Positions 13,218 through 26,019 of a stretch of DNA of 64,000 nucleotides are shown here, piece after piece (the first letter of the stretch is position 1; every line of letters starts with the position of its first letter). Source of the stretch: Harriotta raleighana. Its lineage: Eukaryota. The position numbers and the translations under genes are program-made. Below the pieces are notes generated by a model that searched no databases, was not told the DNA's origin, and saw only the letters and a program-made list of their open reading frames with translations. Location: positions 4,973,522 through 5,037,521 of the forward strand of contig JBNZDD010013693.1 in assembly GCA_050575255.1 (NCBI GenBank), written 5' to 3'.

Positions 13218-15042
13218 GTGAGTAATGGTGACTGGTCTGTGTTGCGCTTTTTAAAAATTTCTTTAGGCTCTGAATAAATTGAGCTCTTGCTTCCCTTGGT
13301 CTCTCAAACTAACAAATATCAGTCATCTACAGTGCAGAGCACAACACTGTTCAGATTCAAATCCCCCTGTAAATACAGTAAGACAGTTAAACAACAACCA
13401 AATGACACTTGTACTGTATAGTGCCTTTCAAGTCAGGAGGAAGTTTCTGCTTCACAAATGTTAATTGGGAGTTTTAATTGTAGAATCATACAATCGTCGA
13501 ATCCCACAGATCAGAAGGTGACCATTCAGCCCATCGTGCCTGTGCCGGCTCTATGAAAGAGCTGCCAACCAGAGGGAGATTTCCAGTCAGAAAAACAGCC
13601 GTTACCCTCTGCTATCCGACTCCCTGCCAATTTCAGATCCAGGCTGCTTTCTTTGTTGTTCCCCTCCGTGGCCTCCTTCAAGTCTCGCCTCAAGACTCTC
13701 CTCTTTGATGGACCCATCGGCAACTCCTAATCCCATACTTCCCTCCCCCATTCTTGTCCTCAGCTCGGGTCTGAAGCAGTGACTGTTCCCCTCCTTGGGA
13801 CGCCCTCCTGACGTGAAAGGCGCTATACAAGTGTAATTTTGTGCACATTCTCTGTCATTTTTCCACATCCAATAGCTCATCCAACTGTTAAGAATATCAA
13901 TGTGTTCAGGATCAGTGTAGTATCAAATCAAGCCTGTAACACCAATGACTTAACAGCTTACATTAGTCCCCCCTGCAGGGAGGGATTACTCCACTATAGT
14001 ACAGACTTGTCAATGTGCAAGCTCCACGAATGCCACCAAGAGCTGAAATCATAGCGACTGAAGAGTGGGCAACTGGATTCCAGTCTGAATTTGGTCCATT
14101 TGGCATTTAATTGGTGAAAGCACAAATTTCACCCAATTCAGTCACGTCAGATTGAGAAGATTTATTTGAAGATACAATACAATGTAGTCCTGCACACAAT
14201 TATTATCGCTCTCGTATCCGGCTGCAAATGCATGCAATAATAATCCTTGCATTTCACGTTACCTCGCCCCCTCATATCACTCAGTCATCAAGTCTTGCAA
14301 GCGCTTTACAGGATTTAATGCGAAGTGTGTTTTGTGACCGAATGTGGCATTCAGCTCATTTTTGCACAATAATGTCCCTCAAACAGCCATGGAATGGAGC
14401 AAGTGGCCAATTTTATTTGGGGGATTGTTGGCCGAGCGACCGGAAGTAACTCTCTTCTCTTATTAAATAGTGCCATGGGATCCTTAATGTCCACAAGAAC
14501 AGGCATTTAACAACTCCTCTGGAGAAATGTCACCTCTGACAATGCAGTTCTGTATTGGAAAGTTAGCAAAGACTTATACAGGGTTTTGAGTCTCAATGTC
14601 GGGCTCGAACCCACAACCTTCTGACTCAGAGGGGAAAGTGTTGAGCCAGGCTGACACGCCTGATATATTCTCCATATATGGTGTCAAACATGTATGTGGG
14701 TGGTTGCAGTATAATTTCTAAATGGGAATTGTTTCAGGCCTGAAATCCTACAAGTTTTTAGTCTTGAGTCTTAAAACTATTATTTTTTGGCTCAAAGTTC
14801 CATGGTTTAGAAATAGTATCTAATAGTACCTTAGGACTCAGTTGTGCTCTGATTAACTGTGAGCTGCCAGTGGGCAGTTTCACTTGTAAATGAGTTTGTC
14901 CTTTTATTCTGGAACTTAATATAATTTACAGGACCTCCACCACCACTCTCACTGTACAGAATAAATATGCATCAACTGTCCAAAGTAGGGTAAGGTCATA
15001 GAAGTAGCCTAGTGAGATAGGCAAGGTTAATCCATCATATAT

Positions 15043-15400
15043 GGAGTCCCGTAGCTGAGTGGTTAGAGCACTTGCCTCACAAGTGAGAGACCTGGGTTTC
15101 ATTCCCGGCAAGGAGAAATGTTGGGCAAGTTACCTTACAACACATGCCTCTGTTTACCCAGCAGTAAGTAGGAACTTGGTTGTTAGTCGATTGGCGGAAT
15201 GCTTTTCCGGGGGTGATAATTCCTTTTTAAAAAATGCTAACAAATTGTTCAATCAATCCACGACTATTTGTGGGACACTGTTGTGCATCATTTCACCCAC
15301 AAAATATAGTTAATTCACTACCGTATATTCTGTGAAGTGCTTCGAGATGCCTTGAAGATGTGATAAGGCAATATCAATACAAACATGATTATTGTTATAA
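15043..15400 (+). mobile_element. tRNA/Deu SINE, long subfamily, abutting an inverted SINE 3' half at 15405-15540
   Basis: Head, core and tail match the 16053 copy, with an extra tgtttacccagcagtaagtaggaac segment. Confidence 0.85.
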
Positions 15401-15787
15401 TAATTATTATAATAATCTTTGCATTTGATATAGCGCTTTTCACATCTTCTAGACATCTCAAAGCGCTTTGCAAAATATACTATAAAATGAATTGACTGTT
15501 TATTTGTGGATGAAACGCAGCAGCCAATTGCGCTAAGTTATAACAGATCTGTTCATCTCCTGTTCCCATGTTTCTCTGCCTGCTTCCCAAGTGTTTGTCT
15601 CCATTTTAAATGTCCTAATGAAATTCTCTTTCTACAGCCTTCTGAGGTCATTGCATTTCTCACATTTCTCATTACGTTCTCACAATCCTCTCCACGCAGA
15701 AACGGCTTTCCTATTAAGCTTGATGAATTTTCTTTGAGTGTTCTTGACAGTTTTGCAGCCTTACTCCTTCTGTAATTCCAATGGCAG

Positions 15788-15962
15788 GGTGACGAAAAAG
15801 GTTTCAGGCGCGCCCCATCATGGAGGAAACGCTTTCGACCGCGTGGGGTTCCTGGCATCGTCATGGCTGCTGGGTCTATAGAACAAGTCCCAGGTGGCTT
15901 CAGGGTGACACCCATGGCTACCCTTCCCCCCTCACTACAGCAGAAGAAACTGCAGCCAGAAG
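15788..15962 (+). CDS. PPFIA4: Liprin-alpha-4 exon GDEKGFRRAPSWRKRFRPRGVPGIVMAAGSIEQVPGGFRVTPMATLPPSLQQKKLQPE
   Basis: cag/GTAACG, phase 0-1. Contains the FRRAPSWRKRFRPR motif. Confidence 0.95.
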
Positions 15963-16052
15963 GTAACGGAAGCATGTTGATTTCGGCCACGCTAACCCAG
16001 TAACAGAATTAGGCAAAGCACGATCTATTGTAATAGCACTTGTATATTCTGT

Positions 16053-16375
16053 GGAGCTTCTGTAACTCAGTGGTTAGAGCATTCGCCTTACAAGCTTGAG
16101 ACCTGTGTTCGAATCCAGACAGATCAGGGTGAAACCTTGGGCAAGTTTCCTTACTCTACACGCCTAATAATCCATCTAAAAAAAACACAATAATAAAAAT
16201 TGGTCATTTTCATTCCACGACTGTTTGTGGGACACTGCTGTGCGCAATTGTCTGCGCGTTTCGCCCACAAATACACAGTCAATTCACTTTACAGTATATT
16301 CTGTGAATCGCTTTGAGACGTCGATAAGATGTGAAAAGCGCTATATCAAATGCAAGGATTATTATTATTATTATA
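16053..16375 (+). mobile_element. Full-length ~320-nt tRNA-head/Deu-domain SINE with L2-like tail (reference copy of the dominant SINE family)
   Basis: A-box taactcagtggttagagc, B-box gttcgaatcc, core tgtttgtgggacactgctgtgcgcaattg, tail aaatgcaaggat(tat)n. Confidence 0.9.
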
Positions 16376-17014
16376 TTTGATAAGCTCCAGCTTCTCACAA
16401 TGGTTGTTGTGTAAAGGACCTGAGCTCCCACTGTGCTGCTGAGCATTTGAACTGGACACTTCCCCACAGGAGGATGGAAAATCCAAGTCAGTGACACTGG
16501 AGTGCAATCTAGGAGCAGGGTTTCTTACATTGTTGGTTTACTAACGGTGCACGGCTTGGGAAGTGTACATAAGAACACCCTGGATGTCTCTCCCCTTCTC
16601 TCTCTCTCTCTGTTGATGGTTGAGACCTGAATTCCAGGCTATCGGAAGCTATTTGTGACTTGAACGCAAATTTTCAGCCAAACCACTTTGGTCGATTGGT
16701 GTGTGTGTGTGTGTGTTTGTGTGAAAGCTGAGGGATGGGATAGGCGATGGGAGAACTATTCAATCTCACCTTGTTGGCTGATTGGATAATGCCAGTTACA
16801 CAGTGAGCCCGCCCTGTGGCAATCTATCCCATTCCTCTCTCACTGTATTGCTAATGCACGGTGTTGGGCAGTTGATTAAAAGGAAGCAAGTAGAGCAACT
16901 CACAGCTTGTTTGACACTTATCTTTATTGACTTGTCTAATGAGCGGATGTGACTTGTACTTACCGCATGTTGTGTGTATTTTTTTGTGTTGTGCTTGCTG
17001 TGACTGGAACGCAG

Positions 17015-17073
17015 TTGGCACATCAGGGTCCCAGAGGTTAGATGCCTCCACAGTACGTACATATTCCTGCTGA
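17015..17073 (+). CDS. PPFIA4: Liprin-alpha-4 alternative C-terminus A: VGTSGSQRLDASTVRTYSC* (PDZ-binding motif); exon continues untranslated to a donor at 17110
   Basis: gcag acceptor, phase 1. Ends in the canonical liprin-alpha TVRTYSC-stop. G|GTGAGT at 17109/17110. Confidence 0.92.
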
Positions 17074-18027
17074 CATCCATATGACTCCAGGAGTCAGCAG
17101 TGATTACCGGTGAGTAGAATTGTAACTTTATTCCTCACTTTCATAGCTGATACACCGCAATTTGAAAGGTGGGCCAATTCAATGCTTGTCACTCTCTGGC
17201 GTGTGTACTAATCCTTACATTTAGGACAGTGCCTTTACACATCGGGAGGACATCCTCAAAATGCTTCACAAGATTTACTGTAGAGTGGAGAGACTGTGTG
17301 TTTTGTTGGTGAATGGGAGTCACTAAGGTATATCCATTAAAGAGGCTCAGTGCCACTAAACTTCCGTAACTTTTATGAAATTAGAGCACGAATCTGCGTG
17401 TGTGTGTCGCCTCCCAACCGCGTTCATTCATAATCTCGCCACTTATGGAAACCAGAAACATTCTTTGAATTAAGTTGCAAGCAACTTTGTGTCAGTCCTC
17501 AGAAGTTACAAATATTAGTCAAAGATATTTTACATAAGTATATTTAGATCAAAGTTACCCACTGAGTAACAGGCATTTCTACCGGTAATATTCTACCACG
17601 AGAGTGTAGGAGTCTTTGTACAATGCTAATCTGAACAGTCAAGTGCATGAATGGATAATCAAGGCCTTGAAACCTTATTTCTAGAAAAGTCTCTGTGTGA
17701 AATATATCAAATGTTCTGGCAGCCATTCCTTTGATGAACCAGCTTGTTCCCTCACAGTTGGGCGCAGGATTTGAAGTTGATTGTTCCAATAAAGATTATA
17801 CCTCAATCAAGAGGTTCAGAGTGTCCAATTCTTCAATAGTTGACTTCTCAGTTGACAATTTCACACTATGAATCTACATTGACATTGACAAACCAATTCA
17901 GGTCACGACATGGATCTCAGGTTCTGTAATCCTGTCCATGCAATGATTACAAATGCTAACAAACACAATTTTGTGTTTAGTTTTTTTAAAAAAAAGAAAA
18001 AGTAATGAATGTATGTATCTCTTCCAG

Positions 18028-18077
18028 TGCATTCCCACTACCTGTATGGACACATGATCGATGCCTTTCGGGATTAA
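18028..18077 (+). CDS. PPFIA4: Liprin-alpha-4 alternative C-terminus B / last exon: VHSHYLYGHMIDAFRD*
   Basis: tcttccag acceptor, phase 1. Closely matches the mammalian PPFIA4 end as I recall it (HSHYLYGHMLSAFRD). Confidence 0.9.
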
Positions 18078-20420
18078 TCCACTGCCATCTCTGTGAGATC
18101 AACCCTGGAGATCAAAAGTACTTGCACAATAATTAGAAGGCACAGATGGTTTGAATGTACATTGATAGTTTATTTCAATAGTTTATTTCAGTTTGAGAAA
18201 AATGTTATGCTATAAATTTAATTGATGCGGTAATGACTTCCTTTCTGTATTTCTCCTTTAACAAACTGGCACAGTGGCCTGACGATCCATTTACAAGAGC
18301 TTTCAGTGGTATATTGTTCTGGTACAGTCGGTCACATTTTATAGTCACAGTACAATCGCTATTTTGTCAGAACAGTTTTTCTTCAGTGTACGATATTTGC
18401 TGTACGTATACATCCACCTGTGAATTAATGTTTTTTAATGTAAATGTATACATATATGGCTGACTGTCACAGCATATTTTAGATAATGAGGTTTTAAATC
18501 TATAGATTAACCTGAATTCTGTTTTAATTGTTGATATTGCTGCCATTTTTACTTTACCAATATCTGTCAAGGATAGCATCTTCTGTTCCTTTGATCAAGC
18601 AATTGTTCGTTTTTACGAATGAAGTGTGCAATTATTTGTCTTGCCTTGTAAATCGTAGCGTATAAAAAACATGGCTGAAGAGTGTCTCTTAATAATTATT
18701 TTTGGACTACTGTGGAAGCTGCAGATACTACAAATGACACATTGTCATTGCGTGCAAGAAATCACTTCCCAATTTGACGTCAGTTCCTTGTACCGGCCAC
18801 ACACTCCACCCAACCTTTTTACAGCGGTTACCGACTGACTCCTGATATCCTGCGGCCTAGTGTTCACACAGAGACTTACTGAGCTTTTAGCTTTTCATAA
18901 TGAAGCCCATCCCAAATCTCACAGGGGTGTTTGAGCACAACAGGCTCCGATCTTTCCAGTTAGTTTTTCCAGTTGACATATCCAATGAGACAATTTTTGT
19001 TCCTCCTTAATCTCTCAATTGTTGTATTATCTACATGCAGGCATGGTTTCAAAAGACAATATTTCAAAACCTGCAGCGGAATTGTGATGCTTTTGTTCAG
19101 ATACTACAAAACAGCCTAGATCTCAAGGGGTTAACGTTTCACTGCTTTTTTAAAAAAAAAAGAAAATGCTGGTTCCCCATCTCGCTCTCGGTCTCTCTTC
19201 ATCATTTATTTCTCTTATCTTCTTCTCGGCTCTCAATGCTTTACTTCATCTTTCTCTCTCCTTTGATGTCTGATCCTTACATTTGTTCACCCAACATTTC
19301 CGCGAATATTTTACTTTTCTCAAGTGTTGTCAGTATTAGTATCATCTCCTCACTGCATCTGGAGTAGATTTACTCTGGGCTCTAATTACCCCTCTAATCG
19401 ACCTGCCATAACCCTGAACATGTACATGTCACACTCACATAAATAAATATATATATATATATATATATAAATATATATAAATCACAGAAATAAAGACTTT
19501 ATTTATATCACATTCTATATGATGAATTCTTTCCTTATTCCCAGTGTCACTTTTCCCCCTCAATTCTCCCACTTCTGAACAATGTTCTGAGTGTCCCAAA
19601 TTGCTAATTGTGTAAAGGGGCACTGGATAAATGGAAGTTGTAAAAAAAATTAAAATGTTCATTTATTATAATTACTTTAACTGTCAGGTTGCTTGTTCTT
19701 GTTATTTAACGACTTCTTATTGATGTGTTCATTTGTTGAGCTGTGAGAAACCACCTTCAGCTGTTTTATTCCCAGGAACACTGTTAGAATAAAACCTGGA
19801 TTTTAAACTAAAATCTAAAATGGCCTTGTGACGCTGCTATTATTTCCTGAATTGATATCTAACTAATTGTAATATATCTGTAAACCGTGTGTGCAATCCT
19901 GCACAAACTGTGATATTTCAACAAGTTCTAAAATGTTTTTTTCCATAAACAGGTAATTCCAAACTCTTCTTATAGACTACTGTCTCCCCACCTCTCCCTC
20001 TAGTCTATACTATCTTTATTTGCTTGTTTACTATCTGTTTTTTGATCAAATTTGCACTTTGCATGCACTAAAGAGAAGGATTTACACATAGTTCAAATAA
20101 TTTTACAAAATTGATCACTTTACCCTGGTATTTTCAGTGTTATTTGTCGGACCTGAGATAGGAACTGCTGCTCTCACCTGCACAGCAAGTGAAAAATCAC
20201 AGAATTACAAAGTAATCTAGCTTGTTTATATTAATCTTTGTCAGACTCTTCAAAATTTCTGTTTATGTCCATTTCTGTTTAACCCTTTTGGGGATTTTAT
20301 TGGCTATATTGTATTCGGACACTGTTTACTCTTACCCGGTTTGCCTTGTTATGTGATAATTGCCATTTTACCTGACGTACTAATTCTAAGAAAAATAAAA
20401 ATTGTTAATGCACAGAGACA
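18078..20420 (+). other. PPFIA4: Probable long 3' UTR of PPFIA4
   Basis: About 2.3 kb, AT-rich, with no recognisable SINE/LINE. AATAAA near 19442, 19489, 19788 and at 20394-20399, the last followed by GT-rich sequence. Confidence 0.55.
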
Positions 20421-20484
20421 AACGTTCATGATTACTCGGTTTTGTGGACTGTATCTGTACAGCTTTCCTTTACCTTTTTTATTT

Positions 20485-20832
20485 GTAGCTCAGTGATTAG
20501 AGCACTCTCCTCGCAAGCGAGAGACCTGGGTTTGATTTCCTGCGGTGCTAAATGATGGGCAAGTTTCCTTACTCCACATACCTTTTTTTTTAACTTGTAG
20601 GAACCCGGTTATTAGTTGATTTGCAGACCACTTTTCTGGGGCTATTAATTTCTTAAAAAATAGGAATAAATTGGTCACTTCAATCCACGATTGTTTGTGG
20701 GACACTGCTGCGTGCAATTGGCTGTCATGTTTCTCTCACAAAATGTACAGTTAATTCAATTTACAGTATATTATGTGAAGCGCTTTGAAGACGTGATAAA
20801 GCACTATATCAAATGCAAAGATTATTATTATT
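20485..20832 (+). mobile_element. tRNA/Deu SINE
   Basis: Full head-to-tail match to the family. Confidence 0.85.
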
Positions 20833-22045
20833 ACTTGCGTGTTTTTGGTGATGAACCATTTAAGTGCAACAGAAGTTTTGCTCTGGATTATATTTTGTAT
20901 CTGATAAACACAGTGTCCTCATCTCACCGCCAACGGGGTAATGTTTTATTGATCTTTGCTGAATTATTTCTATTGGAATGATCACTTATTATTATTTACT
21001 CACTACAACCATACCTTACTATTTTTAATTTATCACTAAAAATATTTATATTTGTGCAACAACCTCAGAGCTGTTCATTCTCACTATTAAAATTGAGTTT
21101 GTGGTAAGATAATACCACCTTAGGACAAATAGCTGATGGTTCCAATGGTTTTCCTGGCCTGAAAGCCTCCTCTGTTTACGAAGCGTGGTAAATGCTTTCT
21201 TATCTACTCATGTTCAGACCATGCTTTGTTAATATATCAGCCCTGTACAGCCCTTAAACCATTTCCATTACATCTCCTTAAAATGGTTTAGACAAGATAG
21301 CATGCGTAGTGAAATATCTGTGAGTTGATATGAGGTAAAATTTATCCATTACATTGTTTGCCTTTGTATTTAATTTGTGATGGTGCGTGAGGGTTTAAGA
21401 TGTATTTATAACAGCAGTTTTTTTTAGCTGGAATTACATAAGTGACAGTCGTCTTTATGCCATTTGTATTATGAACACTTAAAAATAGCCCAGGTCACTG
21501 TTCGGAGAAACACTGAAAATAGCCCAGTCATTGTGTGGGGAGCCACAATCAGAAATATTTATTGTGCAATGTATATTTATGTTGCCATTGATAAATCCAT
21601 ACAGCAGCAGATGCATTTCGAGGAGGGAAAGAATTAGCTTTAATTAAGATGTAATATTAACTCTTGTCAGTACAGACACAATCATTGTGTGTTTTAGTTT
21701 TGAATCCAAACCTGATAAGATCTCACCACCTAGCTCAGTGCAACTCCTGCTCCAATGAGCACAATAACGACAGTGAGGATTTGGATGTTGCTAATGTTAC
21801 CCCACAGAGGTGTGTAATAATAATAGTAATCCTTGCATTTGATGTAGTGCATTATCATGTCTTTGAGACATCACAAAGCACTTCACAGAATATACTGTAA
21901 AGTGAACGATAGTACATTTTGTGGGTGTAACACAGTACTGGAATTATAATTATGAAGAATTAATTTACAATTATAAATTTAGTTAACAAGTTATTAATTA
22001 AAGAGGATAGAGAATCTAATAGATCGCAAACTCACATTTAACAAC

Positions 22046-22355
22046 AATAATAATAATCTTTGCATTTGATATAGCGCTTCTCACATCTTCTAGATGTCTT
22101 GAAGCGCTTCACAGAAAGTATTATAAAGTGAATTTTGTGGGCAAAAACGTAGCAAGCCAATTGCACACAACAGTGTCCCACAAATAGGATTGAATTGGAT
22201 TGAAGTAACCAAATTATTATTGTGTTTTTTTCTTGATGGATTATTACGAGGCGTTAGGAGTAAGGAAACTTGCCCATGGTTTCACTATACTTGAAATAGA
22301 ACCCAGGTCTCTCGCTTGCGAGGCGAGTGCTCTAACCGCTGAGCTGCACGACTCC
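22046..22355 (-). mobile_element. tRNA/Deu SINE
   Basis: Reverse-complement full-length match. Confidence 0.88.
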
Positions 22356-24189
22356 ACTAAAACATGAGTCCAATAAAACATAACATAGAATTGATCTGAT
22401 CCGCTGGAGGCTATACTGCAGGGAATGGGAAGCTTGTGGATTTATATGTGGATCATTTTGGTTTCGTCAGAATGTAGACAAAACTAATAATAATACTTGC
22501 ATTTGATTTAGCACTTTTCACCTCTTCCAGATGGCTCAAAGCACTTCAGAGAATATACTGCAACGTGAATTGACTGTATATTTTTGTGGGGGAAACACAG
22601 CAGCCAATTGCACACAGTAGTGTCCCACCAACAGTCATGGATTGAGTGACCAAATTATTGTTTTGTTTTTCTTGAGGGATTATTATCAGACGTAAGGAAC
22701 ATTGGACACATTGAAATTATACAGTGAAATTCACAATAGCATCAATATTTTGAACATGTTTACTGCATTCAAATGGTTCAACAATCATCACATATTGTAA
22801 AGTAATATTAAGTAACACAAATTGTTTGTAATGAAAATCTTCAACATCAAGATCAGGCTTTGATATTCAATCTACGCTGTAAAACTATCCACTTTCTCTG
22901 GTTCCTGGCACACAGCCCGACGACATCCAGAAAATCACAGAATCATAGAATATTATAGCACAGACAGAAGGAGGCCATTCGGCCCATCGTGCCAGTCCCG
23001 GCTGTTTGGAAGAGCCTCCCAGTCAGTTCCACTCCCTCTGCTCTTTCTCCATTTTATTTTTTTCTCTTCAAGTACCAATCCAGTTCCCTTTTGAAAGATG
23101 TTATTGAATCTGTTTCCACCATCACCCTGAGATCCTCCTCAGGTGCTTGCTTGGCGAGATCAATCCCCTCTATGAACTACAGTGGAGACGGCTGAAGCCA
23201 GACACATCAAGGCTAGACGCATGGCCAGCGCCTTAGGACATCCTCCTGATGTGAAGGGGCATGAAAGGCACTAAACAAGTGTAATTTTGTTGTTGATATC
23301 TAGATTAAGGAACATGGGAGGCTAACCAAAATACCATTCCCATGGCTCCTCCTCCCTCCCAGTCCGATTCCCATTGGATGGGAGGGGGACCAATTAGCCC
23401 CAGCTGCTTGTGACTGGTTGAGCACTCCACCCAATCACAAGCGGCTCCAGCTGTTAATCAGTCGTGCTTTCCCATTCCTCCGTCCCCTTCAATGACTACA
23501 TCCCACAGTTGTTTGTGAATGGCTGGAGTCCGCCATCAATCATCACAATTTGACTCTTGCCGTCTCCATCCTGGAAATGGACAATTGGGTTCCTTCCTGG
23601 GTAAACAGAGATGACTGGCGTAAGGAAATTTGACTACGGTTCCACTCTGCCCGGAAATCGAAGCCGAAACCTCTCACTTGTGAGGCAAGTGCTCGAACCC
23701 ACTATGCTTTGAATACGTATACGATGAGAGGGCGTGGAAGGCATTTTTAAGTGTTATAAAGTACTGTTCATTCTCATCCCTTCTCACAACCTTGTTGCTT
23801 ACTGGGTCTTTGATACACACTTTGGTAGTGAAATCATCTAGTTGGGAGTTACACAAGAAATATTTCCAATCGTTACAATATATGTTGGTTCCTCCCTGCT
23901 TTAGGAACATTTCAAAACTCTTTACAGAGATAATAAGGAGCACCCCCCACCTCATACTCAGGTATGAGAGGATGGAGAAATTTAAGGATGTTGGTCAAAG
24001 GTTAAAGAGGAAGATATTTTAGATGTTTGTAAGCGGGAGACAAACTATGAGGATTTTTGTAGTTACTAGAATAGCAGCATGGTGGTTAAAGCTCAGGGGT
24101 CATTGGTGGTACTAAGAGGGTGAATAATGAGAATTTGGAAGACTAAAGGGTACGGATGGGAGAACAGGCCTGGAGGAGGTAGTAACATT

Positions 24190-24600
24190 TTGTCCTAACT
24201 TTCAAGGCCATTCACAGCCATGCCCCCTCCTATCTCTCCGACCTGCTGTGCCCTATGAACCTGCCCGCCCCCCTTTCAGCAATCTGCTCCATGTCTCCAG
24301 CCCGACCCGCCCTACCATCAGCGGAAGGTTTTTCAGCCTCTCTGTCCCCACACTCTGGAACTCCATCCCACAGTCCCTTCACCTCCCTCCCTCCCTTCCC
24401 TTCTTCAAGGCCAGTCTCAAGAACCTCATTTTCGATCATTCCTTCTGCTTCCCTCCTAACTCTCTCCCTCCCCTCTAACTCTTGGAAGCCCCTCCCCTGC
24501 CCACTCTCCCTTGCTCATGCCCCGACCAGACGATGATCAGTGCCTTGGGACGCCCTCCAGACGTGAAAGGCGCTCTATAAATGTAATTTTGTTGTTGTTG
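24190..24600 (+). mobile_element. L2 LINE 3' end with (TTG)n tail
   Basis: PTLWNSIPQSLH...FKASLK ORF2 end, followed by gacgtgaaaggcgctctataaatgtaattttgttgttg. Confidence 0.8.
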
Positions 24601-25210
24601 TAGTAGCACTGGTAACCAAGGGGTGACACCTTAAAGTGATATGAATGACAAGTCGATGATGTTGATTTGCTGGAGTACCAGGAACCATGGAGGCCTGGTG
24701 AGGATGGGAGTAATTCACGTGTACAGTCTACTGTGGGAATACACGCCATCTACTCTGTCAGAGTGAATTTGTTGACGAGACTAGTGAGGAGAAAAAGATC
24801 ATAGGAGAAATCTAACCTTGAGGTGACAAAGGCATGTATCAGGTTTCCATCATAGCAGTTAAAGAATGAGCTAAAATAGGTATTTATTGATTATGAGCAT
24901 ATGTAAAGCTTGAAACTGAGCTGAGGGTGGGATTACTGATGTGCCAGGAGAGTGAATGTGATGGTGAGACGCTCTGAGACCCGCTCAGCGTGGAGGGCAC
25001 TACATAAATGCAAATTCTTGTTGTTGTTGAATGAGCAGAATGGATGTCATTCATTCATCCATATTTTGTTTTGTGCTGCAGACTTCACATTTGAAATGAA
25101 TCGAATTATTTCCCTTCCCCAATGATAAGTAAATTGACTAGAAAATTAAAATACTCCTATTTTCCTCCAGGCATGCGACAATTGCTCAAAATTGATTTTA
25201 TAACAATAAT

Positions 25211-25216
25211 TTTATT
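25211..25216 (-). terminator. MYOG: MYOG polyadenylation signal AATAAA at the end of an AU-rich ~340-nt 3' UTR
   Basis: tttatt on the + strand, preceded in transcript sense by tgctaaattattttgcttttt and U-rich tracts. Confidence 0.7.
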
Positions 25217-25535
25217 GTAAAAAGCAAAATAATTTAGCACAGACTCACTCAAAACAAACAATCAGTAAAAAGCAGAATTTATATTTACATCAAGTAGCTT
25301 TGTCTTAAAAAGCACATATTGGTCAGAAAGCTTTATATAAAAAAAAGTATTGTCTGGTTTGAAACACAATTTAAGAATTGGGAATGAGAAGGGGGAATTC
25401 TTTTTTAAAAAAAAAATCAGACCTTTTTAGTCAACAAACTCGTATCAAACATTAAGCACAACACACATTAAAAATATATAAAAATAAAAAAGATGCCTTT
25501 TATGAAAAAAAATGTTAGAGCTGGTGAGGACGGGG

Positions 25536-25663
25536 TCAATTTGTGATGCTTTCCTCCAAATAGGCACTTGGTGAATCCTCTGATGTAATAGTGTCCACAA
25601 TGGAGCAGAGCGAGCGTAGGCTGGTGCCTTCCGACTGGAGCTTTGTACCGCTTAGTAAATGAT
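25536..25663 (-). CDS. MYOG: Myogenin exon 3 DHLLSGTKLQSEGTSLRSLCSIVDTITSEDSPSAYLEESITN* (helix III)
   Basis: tctttcag acceptor, phase 1. DHLL start and SLxSIVDxIT helix III. Total CDS is 678 nt, i.e. 225 aa. Confidence 0.96.
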
Positions 25664-26019
25664 CTGAAAGACAGAAATACCTTTAATAATATAATAGTAT
25701 AACAATCCTCACCTTTGATATACTTCTCGCTTCTCACTTCTTCTAGACGTGTTAACGCGCTTTACAGAATATACTGTGAAATGAATTCCCTGCATATTTT
25801 GTGGGCGAAACCCGGCAGCCAATTGCAGTCTTCCACAAACAGTCGTGGATTGAAATGATAAATTTATTATTGTTTTATAAGGAATTATTACCCCCAGAAA
25901 AGCGATCGGCCAATCGACGAACAACTGGGTTTCTACTGCAGTTAGGTAAAACAGGGGCATGTGGAGGAAGGAAATTTGCCCATGGTTTCGCCCCCTACCG
26001 GGAATCTCAACAACAATAA

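Noticed and set aside
15553-15990. 145-aa antisense ORF over a PPFIA4 exon
   Set aside because: Shadow of the + strand exon plus intron, with no recognisable protein.
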